In this document: one piece after another, positions 37,009 to 51,354 of the stretch
Position numbering within the stretch: the first letter of the stretch is position 1
Layout: each line of letters starts with the position of its first letter
From: Gekko japonicus
Taxonomy: Eukaryota
Length of the DNA: 64,000 nucleotides
Direction: 5' to 3'
Assembly: GCF_001447785.1 (NCBI RefSeq)
Contig: NW_015169805.1
Location: 62,001 to 126,000, forward strand
Notes under the pieces: generated by a model
Seen by the model: the letters and a program-made list of their open reading frames with translations, nothing else
What the model was told of the DNA's origin: nothing
Databases searched by the model: none
Program-made: the position numbers and the translations under genes

Positions 37009-39571
37009 GAGCATGCATATTACTCGCATCAGTTACTGGGTTTGATTCAAGGCATTGGCCGTCACATACAAAGTCCTTCATGGTCTTGGGCCCTTGTATC
37101 TGCAAGACCATCTCTTCTCCTGTGCTCCAACATAGCAGCCTTGCTCGTCTCAGCGGGGTCTGTTGCAGTGCTACTCTCTAAATGGTCAAGACCGATGACT
37201 ACTTGTGCGTATGTATTCTCAATTGTGGGCCCATGATTTGTGGGATAGCTTATTTGATGATACAAGGAGGGCTCTCAACTCTCCTGACATTTTGCAAAGC
37301 AACCAAAATAGAAGTATCCAGGAGGGTATTTATATAAAGGTAACAGGGCTATACTGTAACAGAACAGTTCAGGAAGATGCTGGAAATGGAAGGGGACTGT
37401 GAACTATACTAATGTGTATTAGTATAAACAATATATTGATGTACGTGTTATCCTACTATAATATTTCTGCATTAACACGTCATGTTAATACGTGTTGTTT
37501 CAACTTTGTTTCAGAATTCTGCTTGCTTTCAGATTTCCACAATGAACACTCGTCATGGATACCCTTGACTGATCCCGCACTGAGCAGACTAGATGGCCTA
37601 TATAGCCCCTTCCAACTCTATGATTCCCTGATTTACAGCTACACTCATCTGTAAGTAACAACCGGTTGGCCCCAAGCATCCACTCCAAAAATCACATCTT
37701 AAGCACAGAGAGATATTGCATTATTATTTCTAGAGAAGGGAGTAGGAGGATAGGGAGCAAACACCTCCAAAGTCAGAGTAAGAGCTACTGAGAATGGGAT
37801 AAGAGTGTGTGTGTTAGTGTGTATTTCAGGGGGAGGGAGGGAAAGGGAGAGACTGTCTGTCTGGTACACCTTTGCTGCTCTCTTACAACGTCGTCAGCCT
37901 CAGGCATCGAAACACTGTTTTGCTTCATCATCAATCTACTGTAGTTCTGTCATTATGAGATTTAATATTCTTCAGTGACCTACCTGGGAGAACATTTTTG
38001 TTATCTTTTACAAAGCCCTTTGCTGTCTTTTGATTTATATTCCAATCATTTCCTAAATCATTTCTGGTTTTCTTCCCCAGTCAACAAACAATCAGAATAA
38101 TTAATACCAATTGGCCCCTGGCTCACAATGCAGGCTTCGTTCACTAATCTGAACACAAAGGCCTTACTGACATGAGGTATAAAGAGATCTATTCGCATTT
38201 AGTGAAAGCAGCTTAATCATCTCTCCATTTGCTTTTTTACAAAATGCTTTTAAAGTCTTGCCCCTCTCGCTAGTCTTAACAGCATATTCAAGCCTCACAT
38301 TATCTTCACTACCAAATTATCACAATATTGACTTTATTTGCACAGCGGTCCTTGGAAGAGGGCGATTCTTTGAGGTTAGGGCTTGGCTGATCTTGGATTG
38401 TAACAAATGAAATGAATGAGAGGTTTGGGTAGCAGCCTGCTAATTCACCTTCTTGAAGCAAAATACGCTAACACCAGTGTCTAAACTATAAACACTGAAT
38501 CTAATGACCACCTCCAAGTTAACTCAGCATTTCAGACACTCTGTTAACACGTTTCCATGTGCCCAACAAAATTCATTTCTGATGCTTCTAACTTTTCCCA
38601 GAAACCAACAGGGGACTATTTACTGGAACAAGGGCTACCACCTGTTTCCTACCCACTTTGGAGCACCTTTTATTGCAGAGAGTACTCCAGATTTCACAGC
38701 ACGGGGGGGGGGGGGGGGGGTTTCATTTTAAATAGGTTTTTATTTTATGTCACATTCAGACTGGACAGATACGCAGGGAGAAAACAACCTTTTGTTCAAA
38801 AAGTGCACCGTAAAAGCATCCGTGGGCCCTTTCAGTTAGCTTAAGAAGATCAAGAACAGCTCTCTCTAGGTGCCTTTAAAAGGAACTTATTTGTTGACAC
38901 AGAAAAAAAAGTCACAAGCTTTGATTCAAGGTGGGCTTCCATATTAAAGAGGGGGGGGCACAAAAGAGGTGAAAACCTCAAAGAGATATTCCAGTTTATT
39001 ATAGCCACTGATTTGGGGTAGAATGCAGCCCATCCTGACATCGCTACATGGATAAATTCTTCTTGCCGTGGAAGGGGGGGGGAGGAAGGGAACTAGATGT
39101 GCCACCGTGGTCGCTGGCAACTGCCACGTTTAGGGCAACCCGGACTAGGCAAGGAAGAGGAGGAAGCCAGCTCACCAAAGGAACGTAAGTGATACTGCAA
39201 AAAAAATTGGAATACTTTAAGTGAGATAGGGACTCAAGTGCACCAAAAGCACTGGAATCAAATATCCTTGGTGCAACAACAGAAGAGTAATCTTGGGTGT
39301 CTGGCAGTGGCACTTGCAAACAGGGGAGCTGTGGACCTCTTCGGCTGCAAGGATTGCAAACCTTCAGGCCACCAGCTAAACCATGGTAGTTGTCATGCTG
39401 CAATAACAAGAGTTTTCCCTGTATTAGGAACAGGGTCAGTTCCAGGTTTTGAGGGAGCCCTGGGCGGGCACACAGGGCCCAGGGGCCATCATCTGCCCTC
39501 CACCAGGCCCTTTTCCACCCACACCTTCTCCTCCCCATTGCCCATGCTCAGTTCCCTCCACCACCTGCATA

Positions 39572-39928
39572 AAAGTTAAATGTAAAGGTTCCCTTGCTCG
39601 AAAGCCAGTCGAATCCGACTCTAGGGTTGCGGTGCTCATCTCCGTTTCAAAGCCGAAGAGCCAGCGCTGTCCGAAGACGTTTCCATGGTCATGTGGCCAG
39701 CATGACTAAACATCAAGGCGCACGGGACGCTGTTACCTTCCCACTGAAGTGGTACCTAATTATATACTTGCAATTTCTTGCTTTTGAACTGCTAGGTTGG
39801 CAGGAGGTGGAACTAGAGATGGGAGCTCACTCCGTCATGCGGCACACTCGGGTCTCGAACTGCTGAACTACCGACCTTCCACAGCCTGCAGTTCAGCGTC
39901 TTAACCACTTGAGCCACCGCAGCTCCTT
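39572..39928 (-). mobile_element. Sauria SINE (Squam1), full length
   Basis: tRNA-like head ggagctgcggtggctcaagtggttaag on the minus strand, ACCTTT-like tail, 12-bp TSD accacctgcata. Confidence 0.9.
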
Positions 39929-42121
39929 ACCACCTGCATACTCTATCCCAATAAAAAATGTTTTTTATTTTTTTTTTAGCAGAATTCAAACAATAACACA
40001 TAATAACCATCATAATCCCAATAGTAACTAATTAAATAACACTGAGGAACTATAAGAAGCATACAGTAGAACATTAATTTAGGTGATTAATATTCCCAAT
40101 AGCACTGGCTGGTGTGTACAGTTGCCATTGCTGCCATTATTATCTCTGCATACCACATCCCTTTCCCCAATGATGCTGGGCAACTGGGAGCATGGGTGGC
40201 AGAGCACTAACATGCCGACAGGTGGCTGGGTAGTTGTGTGGGGTGGGGATCAGCCGCAGTGGGCCCCACTAGGAGACCTGGGCCCCGGCGGCTGCCCCAC
40301 CTCAAGCTGTGCTGACGCCAGCCATGATTCGGAAGCAACCTCTTGAAGCCACCACTCCTCCATATGCACCAAGTTCCTACTAAATGGGCAGGTTTTCAGA
40401 GTCTTCCCAAACTGGCCACTACCTATTGCAACAGAGGTGAGACTCAGCAGTCCTTGAGTACAAAGGGAAAGTGGGCGTTGTTAGTTGAAAACAAGGGCTT
40501 CGCTTCGCCCAATGCCGCTAAAGTTATCAGCATTTCAACAGAAAGCCACACCACACTGATGAATGCTGGTAGCAACGAAAAGAAGGGGGAAGATATCTGA
40601 TGCTTTCAGACCCCATAAGCATCAGGCACAATTCCAGATATGTGTGTTTCCCACTTCAAAACGTGTCAAGGATACGATGATCGACTAACTACACGCTCAC
40701 ACTTCATCTCCACTACTCTGCATAGACAAAGACCACTCAAAGGCCACTTTTTAGGTTTGAAAAACAGCTACAGGAATAACTCAAAAAAGACATCTGACAT
40801 CCGAGTTTAAACTGGATTTCAAATCCCATTGAGGAAGGATGACTCACCTCAGAGGTCTAAATTAGATTATCCTCTACAAGGAGTAATCTTACAAAAAAGA
40901 GAGAGTGTAGGCTGCCTTTGGGGAAAACAAGTTTCGCTCCTAGTGGTAGATGCTTCAACTTTAAAAGGATCCGAGACTAAGCCCTTTGTCTTGGCTCCCC
41001 CCACCAAAAAGAAATCAAGCAATTGTCACTATGTCTTTGGTAGTACCCAAACTTTGCTTCAGCAAACCATGCAAAAGATAGCAAGGCCCTTGGAATGCAA
41101 ATATTTTTATAAGCCAATTGAAGATCAAAGGCTTTAAAGAAACCAAGACTTATTTTATTCACAAACTCTTCAGCCAAGAACTCACATTCCATAACATTCA
41201 GCAATTAAATGGGGGAAGAGAGAGGCTGTTCCTTATTATAGAAGAGGCTAGGGAGTCAGTCAACGGAATTAGCTCTGTCAACAATATTTGTCAGTATCAG
41301 ACTTTACATACGGTTCAACCACAAGTCTTTGGATCTATGAACGGCTGTTTAGTTCTTCACTCCTTATTAGTACAGATGTATTGCAGAGAGAGAATAAAAT
41401 AAGCTTGTCTCCCGTAGCCAGTTTCTCTGTTGTATGACCTCAACTGAAGTCCTATGATCATCTGATGGTAGGTTAGCCCGTAGAAGTCAATATCCTCCGT
41501 CCAACGATCTATGCTCAGCCCAGCAATTGCTCAAGCACTCATACCAGGGCACAGAACTGTGTCCTCGGAGTGTGGAGGTAGCATGAATGCTTCCATGAGC
41601 TGCCTTTCATGAACCTACAAACATTTCAAGTTACACAATTCACCGTGCAATCCTGTGTGGAGTTTCTCCAATTTAAGCCCATTGAAATCAATAGCAGTAA
41701 CCTTGTACAGGACTGTACTTCAAGGTTTCAGGGTGTACATGAGACAAATTATGGAACTTCAAAAATCTTTAAAAAGAGGGAACATTTGAAAAATCCAGGT
41801 AAGCATACAGAACAGAATTGCAGGAGACTCGCATAAGATAGCTTGGATTCCTTCAGAGATCCAGTTTTAAACAGGTTTTGATTTTCTTCAACTTCTTGCT
41901 GGTCAAGTGTGGAAGGAAGTCTATTTTCTCTACTCAGGATCAAGCACCAGACTTGCTGCACTCACTAATTGCCTCCCTTGTTACATTCCCTGCTACAGTT
42001 TAAAAAAGAAATCCCTTCATTCATCACTGAACGTTCCAGGCTGCTAACAGTCAATGACTGAACATTTTGATATGGAGACAGAGGCAAAAGGAATTGTGTT
42101 TGGAGACATACACAATTATAT

Positions 42122-42373
42122 GAAGAAGAAGAGTTAGTTTTTATATCCCGCTTTTCTCTACGTTTTAAGGAGTCTCAAAACAGCTTACAATTGCCTTCCC
42201 TTCCTCTCCTCACAACAGGCACCTCGTAAGGCAGGTGGGGCCGAGAGAGCTCTGAGAGAACTGTGACTGGCTCAAGGTCACCCAGCAGCCTTCATGTGCA
42301 GGAGCAGGGAATCAAACCCAGTTCTCTGGATTAGAGTCCGCAGCTCTTAACCACTACACCACACTGGCTCTCT
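42122..42373 (-). mobile_element. Squam3-like SINE
   Basis: (GAA)n tail, ggggccgagagagctctgagagaactgtgactggc, head ttaaccactacacc. Confidence 0.85.
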
Positions 42374-42855
42374 CTCCATTGTCTTTCACATTTTGTTTTT
42401 AGGTTACATGAGGATACAGAATGCAGCAGAAACATTACAGGTTGTCTTGGTCAATACAGGGAAAGGATGCATAGCGAACATGCTCCAATCTCTTTTGGTA
42501 CAACGTTCTGACCAGCAACAGAATTTGTGGAAATGCATAAGAGAGAGTTCTCAAAAAAAGAACCTCCAAAGCGTCGTCCCCCCCACACACACACGGTAGT
42601 CAAGGATCTTGTGCTGGCAGGAAGCGGAATCTAAGACACACTGGACCAAGCCTTGCACAAACAGATCTCTTTCTGGACATACCTACAATGTGAACACAGG
42701 TAGACAGTATTTGTCCAAACCTATACTCACACCTGGTTTCCCAGAGGAAACCTGCTCAAACAATCTGCTAACCATTTTTCTTCACCTGCCACATGGATTA
42801 CTTGGATCATGCATCTACGGTGACAGATTCAGGTGCATCACTGCTTTGGTCTGAA

Positions 42856-43011
42856 GCAGGACAAAGTTTGAGTCCAGTGGCACCTTTAAGACCAACAAAG
42901 CTTCATTCAAGATATAAGCTTTCGTGGGCATGCACACTTCTGAAGAAGCTTATACCCAGAATTAAACTTTGTTGGTCTTAAAGGTGCCACCGGACACAAA
43001 CTTTGTTCTGC
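42856..43011. mobile_element. Penelope-derived palindromic element
   Basis: gcaggacaaagtttgagtccagtggcacctttaagaccaacaaag ... ctttgttggtcttaaaggtgccaccggacacaaactttgttctgc. Confidence 0.75.
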
Positions 43012-43298
43012 ACCTATAGTGAATACACCATTCCCCAAACCTCTCTAGCTTCCCTGCACACAACTGGAGACTTTGCACCCCCTGGCTGGTTTAGTTAACA
43101 TGTCATAGTGACATTGTCTGTGGCCACCTGTATTATTCTCCCTCGCACTATTCTCCCAAAAGACTTTAAGCTATTTCTCACAGCTCTTCATTCCAATAAC
43201 ACTGAGGTGGAGTAATTCTTGCACCCGAGACCAAATGCCACTCACTCTGTTTGCCCCTATACAGTGAGTTCCCCAACTTTCTCGTTAAGTATCTATTG

Positions 43299-43640
43299 CA
43301 GGGGGTCCCCAATGCAGTGCCTATGGGTGCCATGGCACCTACTGGCACCACGCCCAACACCTACCAACTGTTTTTTAGAAAGTGGGTGGGGCCGAGGGGG
43401 CTCTCGCCCAGCAGGGCTTCTGATTGGCCACTGGAGATCTGATTGCCCTAGGCAGCTTCAAATAACATTGCTTCAGTTGCAGCTACCACCGGAGTGTTGG
43501 TTTTGCTCTCTGTCATTCCTCTTGCCCTTCCTCTCCTCTGCACTTGGACTTCCTCCAGGTGCATGGTTTTGCCTCCTGTGGCAGCCATTTTGTAGTTGCA
43601 CACTTTATCCTGTGTGAGAATTCTACAGGGTCAGAAAGGA
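43299..43640 (-). mobile_element. hAT-Charlie-like MITE
   Basis: cagggggtccccaa...ggcttctgattggcc...tgtggcagccattttg. Confidence 0.7.
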
Positions 43641-43919
43641 CCTCTGATCTACTTTAACAGTCATTTGTGGGAGCTCATTTCCAAGACACCCCTCACTCAC
43701 CACCTTATGTCTGCTGGTCAGATAATTCAAGGAACCTAGGTACCCCCTCAGAATATTCAAACAACTACTTGGGCTATGTTTGTGGTGCTGAATGCTCTGA
43801 TGGTTCTGCGGGAGGCCCAGCTGTGTTCTCATAAACGTGACATCTTTCTGAACTCTGAAACTTTCATCAGCTTGCTTATGACCTCCGGAACCCCGAATCA
43901 GCAACTTTTGTTTATCTGG

Positions 43920-44003
43920 AGTTGGTTGGCCTCTGTGTAAGACAGGATACTGGACTAGATGGACCATTGGTCTGATCCATCAGGGCTCTTCTTATGTTCT
44001 TAT
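43920..44003 (+). mobile_element. CR1 3' tail (similar piece at 5550-5630)
   Basis: gacaggatactggactagatggacc...gggctcttcttatgttcttatg. Confidence 0.75.
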
Positions 44004-45448
44004 GGAAGTATTGTGAAGAAAAACCTTTGCCCAGACGTCCCTCGGGCACCCGCTCCGTTGGACTCCTTGGGATATGGACTTCCTATCGACACTGTTTCCT
44101 TCTCTCTTCCTCCTGCTCATCTATTCCCCCAAGTTGAAAAATTTGGGGTGACATTTTGAGATCAGCATGTCCAATGGCAAGACCTGAACACCCACAGCTC
44201 TCTTGTATACACATTATAATACAAAAATCTACAGTGGTTTCTTAAGCTATGTTACAATGTGTTTTGATACTGCAGATGTTTGGTCTCTCTGCAATGAACC
44301 ACTTACATTAATCAGGCAATCCTGTAACAACTGAAATCAATATTTAAGCAACCGGATACATTAACAGAGAGCCTGAAAGAACTAACTAGAAGGACACACA
44401 CCCATTCTCTGAAAGTGTACCTAAAATTTTCAGGTGTGGTAATGGCAAAATGTGTGAAGTGAATTCCTACATTCATGGAAACACAAAACGCTGCAACATG
44501 AGTTGGAAAAATATTCACGGTGAGCAGATAGAAATAACTTGCTTTATTTACTATTATTTGCAAACATTATTTGCAAAGTGTCCAGCGACTGCATGTATTT
44601 TGGCTTCTAATTTTAAAAAAGCACTTGGGTGGCCAGTCTGTGCAGGACTGAAACCCCAAATACTAGTTTCTATCATTTAGATTTTAATCTTCACATTTAA
44701 AACCAGTAGGCTTAATGGAACCCACTTGTCTCCTCCTTCACTCTTCTTCTCATTTGCAGAATATGTGGTTTGGCTTTTAAGGCTGAGAAATGCCTTTTCA
44801 AAAAAGAAGACGACGACGACGAAGACGTCTTTCCCAGATTCTCCTGAGCATGAAAATGCTCCACAACTGTTACATAATCTGCCAGGTGCTTGCAATCTGA
44901 CAGAAGCCTAATTAATTCATCCAGATGCTAGAGTGCAGATTACCCAGAACCATCTGGGAGAGAATATTCTGCGCACTGCAAAACAACTACTGACTATTAA
45001 TGAAATAACTTTTAATCGTAAGGGTCTTTGGTGAATTCCAACTTGCAGCTGCCCAAGCCACTGTATCCAACAAGCTGTTGTCTTATTGATGCGGGGGTGA
45101 ACTTTTCTCAGTTTCAGGCTAGTAGAAAAACTACAGTGGCAACAGGATGCTTATCAATGTTTTGCTTATGCGGGCATTTCAGATTAATTCGCAAGAAGGT
45201 GATGACATACCAGACATAAGTACTCCAACATTTTCCGAATTCAAATTCCTCAAAGGTAAATTAGAAAAGTAGGTGTTTAGCTTCCATTTAATAGAATCCT
45301 GTCATTTAGCAAGTCTTGCATCTGCAGCTCCCGTGGAAGAAATCTGGTTTTGGAGACCCAACGTAAGTGGCCGCGAAAGAGAGGCATGACAAGATTTCAA
45401 CTTTACAGGAAACCCTGCTTTTCTGATTTGAAAGCCTACAGCCACAAC

Positions 45449-45652
45449 CAGTGTTCCCTCTAAGCTGAGTTATTGTGAGCTAGCTCAGTTTTTTAGCCTC
45501 CGGCTCACACATTTTTGCCTTAGCTCTGGAAGGATGGCTCCAGAGCAAACTAATGTATGCAGTAGCCAAATCGCTCGCTCACAACTTTAATGCCAGTAGC
45601 TCACAAAGGAGAATTGTTGCTCACAAGACTCCACAGCTTAGAGGGAACATTG
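45449..45652 (+). mobile_element. hAT-type MITE
   Basis: TIR cagtgttccctctaagctg/cagcttagagggaacattg; perfect TSD gccacaac. Confidence 0.9.
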
Positions 45653-48600
45653 GCCACAACCCAAAGAAAAACATGCCAAGTTCCTGGCACACAATGGACT
45701 TTCTCTCGAAATGCACCATCTTGCACTGAGGCTTGAGATACAGTCCAAGCGGTGGGAGTGGGGGGAAGGAGACCATGTCTAGGAGTCCTGTTATGTTCAT
45801 ACAAAGGCTTGCTGAATTACCATCACAGCTAGAAAGGCCTTATACAAAAGGAAGGATGCTTCACTACTCCTATGCTCAGATTGTCAGTTGTGAGAAAACT
45901 GCCATCAGCACCCTCAAACACATGGTGGGAAAGGCGGTTCCCCCCTCCTAAAAAAAAAGTTCAAAAACACCTAATCTTGGATCATGCATAGTACTGCAAT
46001 GCTTTGCCACACCTCTTGCCCGTTCCTCCATGCCCGTCTCACCAAAGAAAAACTTCCTCAAGGAAAAATACTTTCTGCCCAAGGCATGGGGCTGAGACAA
46101 ATACTTTGTTATTTCTTGGTAAGTGCTGAGTTGCAGACAGCCAGGAATATTTTGTTGTTGTTGTTGTTGTGTTTACTGGAGCTGTTCTGCCTCTAATGAC
46201 GCCTTGGCTGATTTCATTTCAAATTCTTCCTTTCACAGCTGCACCCCCCCCACCCAAACTAATATAACTGGGTGCTCTCCCAGCGCATTGAGAATGAAAC
46301 CGACCCTTCGTTTTCAACAGCCTTCCTCAATTTCACTTCCTTTCCGAGTCTGGCAGCTAAACTCCCACCCAAACTAATACAGTGAATGCTCTCCCAAGGT
46401 ATAGAAAATGAAATTGACCAAAGCTTCCATAGCAGCTGAAACCCTTTGTCCATTTCCTTTTCCATTAACTAGGTGAGCACTGGCTGTATTGGTTTGGATG
46501 GGAGCCCAGCCTGAGACTAGGAACCCACAGTGAAATTGACCACGGCTTTCTTAGCTGCAGAAATGCCCGCCTTTGGGAAAAACAGAACTAAAGGGAAGGA
46601 GGAGGAAAGGAATGCGTTCCTGGTTTGGGGGGGGGGGTGTGCAGGAAAGAAGAAGGCCGAAAGACACCCTCTGGCAGGTACAAAAGCAGCACATACAACT
46701 TTAGCAGTTTTTAAAAAGAGTCGTCCCACATCCAGGACACAGTAATCGAGCGTGCGTGATCAGCGGCTACCCGGCCATCTACCACACCAAATGCTGCTAC
46801 AGCGAAAATACAAAAACGGCTCACTGCAATTGTCCATTCTGAACTGCAAACAAATCTTGGAGACTGAAATAAAGGGGAGGGGGGCCTTTCAAGCCAAGCT
46901 TTAAACTTCAGGTGAATTATCAACAAAAGGTGCAGCATTCCTTTATACAAGCAGCTACAGAAGTCATCCCACAAATGGTATGGCACCAGTGATCACAATA
47001 TTCCCATTCCTTTAAAGGCCACATGGCAGCATTTGCTGCCTGCGAAAGCACCTTTAGAATTCAATCTGGCTGTGATCAAGACTTAACACTCGTCCCATTG
47101 TATCCTTTTCATCAGAATTCACGGATGGGCTGTATTCTAATGAAGTCACATTCCCTTGGCACCCTACCTTCCTTACCAGGTCAGCAGCCTAAATACTGCT
47201 TAAGCCTTCTGCAAAGTGTCTGGGTAGAGTGAGCGCTTAGGGTAGAAAAACTAAGTTGCCTATCATGACTTTTCTAAGCCGAGCTGGGAAGCGTGAGCAA
47301 AGACAGACAAAGAGCTGTCAAGGGAAACTTTTACCACTAACAGAAGTACATCAGTTGATCATTCCTTTCCATTTTACATCTCCTAAACACCTTAAGCCAC
47401 ATCTATTTTAGCACCCAGTCCCCTCAAGCACCACCATGACACGTGGTACAGTCCTCAAGGGATTATATGCCATCCCAATCCATATCCGTACGGTTGCAGG
47501 TCTGAAAGTGCCTCCCTCCCAGTTAAAATCTACCCACCAGTGCAGAACCAGTTTGGGGGGAAAACCCTCTAGCTTTTCTCTCCTGTACTAGCTTAACACA
47601 TGCATTGATAATGTGATGGGGGAACACACTCAAAACACGTTTACTAGATGTATTGCAGCCTTCTCCCCAACCTGCCTGTCTTTATGAGTTTTTACATAAC
47701 AGCGAGAATATATGGTGTTTGCCTGTTCAAGTAGGTTTCAGGACAGAGTTATAAGTTACAAAGGACACAGCGTTGCCGTCAATGTTGGCAGCCTCAAGCT
47801 GCATTTCTAGTTCAACCTATCCCATGTCCTGGTCCCATGACACTGGCCACCAATGAAAAACGGACAACTTAACACAGAGCTGCCGTTTTTAGCCACAGTC
47901 CCGTGTCCTTTGCAACACGAAAGTTCAGCCTTCGATAAGTGATCTTTTTTATTATTATTCTTAGGAATAAAGATGAATGTTGACTGTGTCCATACACAGA
48001 TAATAAATGCACACAGATCTTTTGTGTAATATGTACCCAACTAAGACTTTCTCCTACAGAAATCAGCTATATAAAAAGGTTGCCAACAAAATCTCAAGAG
48101 TTATAATCAGATCGGGTGCGTGTGTAAGTAAGACTATTTAAACTTGTAACAAAAGCTATTATGATATTATTAGCCATAAAAGAGCAACTCCCATAAAAAT
48201 GATTCAACACCACACCCTGATTAAGTCTTTAAGTACACAGAACCTTTGTTACATGAAAAAACATTTAAGGTGGTTTTCCCCTTTAAACCTGTGATAGCCA
48301 AACAGGTTTAAGCACCACACCTCCAACTTCAGCCTACTAACTGTTCTGCACAAATATCCAAATATAATATTTAAAGTGTTATGTGGCCGTCCGGGATCTT
48401 TATGATTGATGCAGCCTATTGTGCTTCTTCTGTCTTCAAAAGGGATCTCTTTTGTCGGAACTTCTCTGAGTTGCTTTTTAATTAACCAGAGGAAGGAAAG
48501 AAACAAGTGTTTTCTTTGTAATGCTTTTGGCAGCAAAAATAAACCTATAACAAACAGATTCTCCTTAATATAAGCCAGTTCAGGAGCATGCAAGAAATTA

Positions 48601-49884
48601 ATATAAAGCAAAAAAGAAAGCCTCAGCGACCGATACGTTTATCCAAAAAACAAACTCAGCAGGAGGAGAGAAGCTGCCCGAGCTTCCGCCGTGTTAATTC
48701 ATACCTCTTTGCACTCGTTTTGTTCCCGTGCTCTTTAAGAAACCAAAATACAGCAAGTTTCCAAAAAAGAGAGAGAGAGAGAAAAAGAATAGCTCAGCAA
48801 TTCACTCTAAACACACATAACACTCAAACCTTGTGGCGCTGCGCCAGACCATTTATGCCGGTGATGAATGACACGAGCGGCAAAATATTTTAACACGAAG
48901 CGTTGCCTTGTGAATGGCCTGTACGATCTGGAAAGAAAATACTACCTGCTATAAAAATCAAAGGCCTTCAGACTAGTCTTTCTTGTTCAAACATGCTACC
49001 AGTTCAGCAGAAATCGCTTGTGTGAACAAGAACAGATTAATGAATGCTACCGAGAGCCGTCTCGCCGTTCAGCTGATAGGAACTGTAATTTAAAACTGCT
49101 CGGCTATCGGCGTAATAATTTTCAGCACACCGAAAGAACATGTGTGTGTTCAATATGCCGTAGGTTTGAGACCACTGGTCTTGGAGGACACTGCTGCTCC
49201 ATCCCCTCCCCCCCTTTTTACACAAACACCCCCACACACACACTTTCACAAACACACTTTGGGTCACAAATCCACTGAAAAAGTCCTCCTCGTGGCTCTG
49301 CAGAGGCAGAACTTCCTAACAGATAATGTTATTAAGCCTTGATCGATCCTGTTTTTGGTACACCCTACGGAGACTTCTGTCAGATGGGAGCTAAGCATTT
49401 TATTCCCAAGCAGCAGTAGAGTACTTTAAAAAGAAGGGAAAAGCAACAGCTTGTATACTAAAATTGCAACAACTTCCTCTGCATATATCTGTTTTCCCTA
49501 TCAGTGTGGGGTAAACATGTGAAGACGCCTTATAAAATGACTCAAACTACTAGTCGGCCACAATGCCATCTACAATAAATTGGAAGGGCTCTCTATGAAC
49601 TCAATCAAAGGTCTCTCTCAGCTAGCCCTGATGCCTGAGACCCTTTTTAACTAGACAGGGCAGGGATTGGAACTGGGACATTTTATGTACAAAGCTAATG
49701 CTTTACACACACACACACTCTCTCTCTCTCATATATCTGTTGGCATCCTGTTTCTTGATGCACTTTCCCGTCAAAATAATGGAGACGGACTACTACGCAA
49801 TCTTTTCTGTGTTCGTTTTCTCTCTCTCCAGTGCCTACGGCACACAGTACTCCATGTAGGCAAGGTATCGGCAAGGTTCGCATC

Positions 49885-50035
49885 CAGTGTTCCCTCTAAG
49901 CTGAGTTAGTGTGAGCTAGCTCACAGTTATTTAGCCTCCAGCTCACTTTTTTTTTTGTCTTCGCTCAGGAGTAGCCAAATCGTTCACTCACAACTTTAAT
50001 GACAGCAGCTCGCAAAGTAGAATCTTTGCTCACAA
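49885..50035 (+). mobile_element. Truncated copy of the same hAT MITE
   Basis: Left TIR present, right TIR missing. Confidence 0.75.
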
Positions 50036-51354
50036 GGGAGCCCTGTTTACATCCCAGCGCAGTGGTCTGTAGCCCATAAACTCCCACTAGCAGCACAATC
50101 CTGAACTATTTCTCCATTCATTCCCTGCACCACTGGCGTTTCAGAAATGCTTCCACTCTCAGCCAACGCAAACAGATGATAAAAATAAACGACAACTCAG
50201 AATTCGAACTTACACATATTTATTTGGAAATCAGTCCCGCTGAGCACAATAGGCTCTACTTCCCAAATCAGCATTCTCAGGATTGGGGCTTTAATTTGTT
50301 AAGTCAACAGAAAATACAGTGTTACCCCCCGACACAAATCTTCAGGGAGGCAAGGCAGCCAAGGACTAAGAACAGGTTGCAAGCCCATTTTTACCTGCAC
50401 GCATTTAAGCTGTAAACTGTATTTCTTTGTCACCTAATAAATTGTTTGAAGAATTAGTCATTCTAAAACGCTGCCACTAAAAATAGTCACGGGAAACTAT
50501 TGCCGCTTCCAGTGAATTTGCTGCAGAGCTAAAAGCAGAATAAAATAGATCATGCTGCCCTCTTGTGCTAGATTTACAGAAAACCTGGAAAAGGCAGAGG
50601 ATCTTTATTCAAGACAGTGTGAAGTGGGAGGGGAAAGTCAGACAAAATGCCTGTTACTTTGACACATCCTTAACTGGATCCATTAAGCAGCACATGGAAA
50701 ACTCGTGGAGGGGCTTGCCCGGATGTATGCAGACTACTGCAGTTACAGCGCCCAGACCTTGTTTGGTGCTTTAATACTAAACCCCTGAACATCCAGTGAA
50801 GGCATGATTTCATTTGCCCAGCTAACCTTTGTCACTGGAGGGCAAATGCAGACGGTCACCCGTGAAATCTGCTTGTCACCTTGAAAGCAGAGAGGCTGAA
50901 AAGGCAGGTAGACTGCCTTAACATTGGTGTGCTCAGTGCAAACTAAACTCTTGTCCACAGTTAACGATGGGGGTCTGCAAGTCTGTAGCCTGGCTTACTA
51001 GCCGATCAAAATTTGCTGTCAAGCACTGACCCCTCCCCACCACGACCTCCACACATGCACAAGGAGAATCACACATTCGACAGCTGTACCAAGCAGGCAC
51101 ACACGGCTCAAGTCTCACCCAATGGTTTTGCTGGTCCAAAGCTCAATGAGAGTCAGAGAGAGAAAACAAACCCCCTGCAGCATAGGAGAGGGGAGAGGGT
51201 GGCCCCAAGTAGCTCCGAGCTCTCTGTTTTCCCAAAACTCAGTGCAATGTCAGGGTCTTCCCTCATGTACGCCGCAACTTGTGGAGGACAATCTGTGTGC
51301 CTCCGGGCATCCCGGAACGCTGAAAAGCCAAGGGGCATTTGCTCCTGGCAAGCA

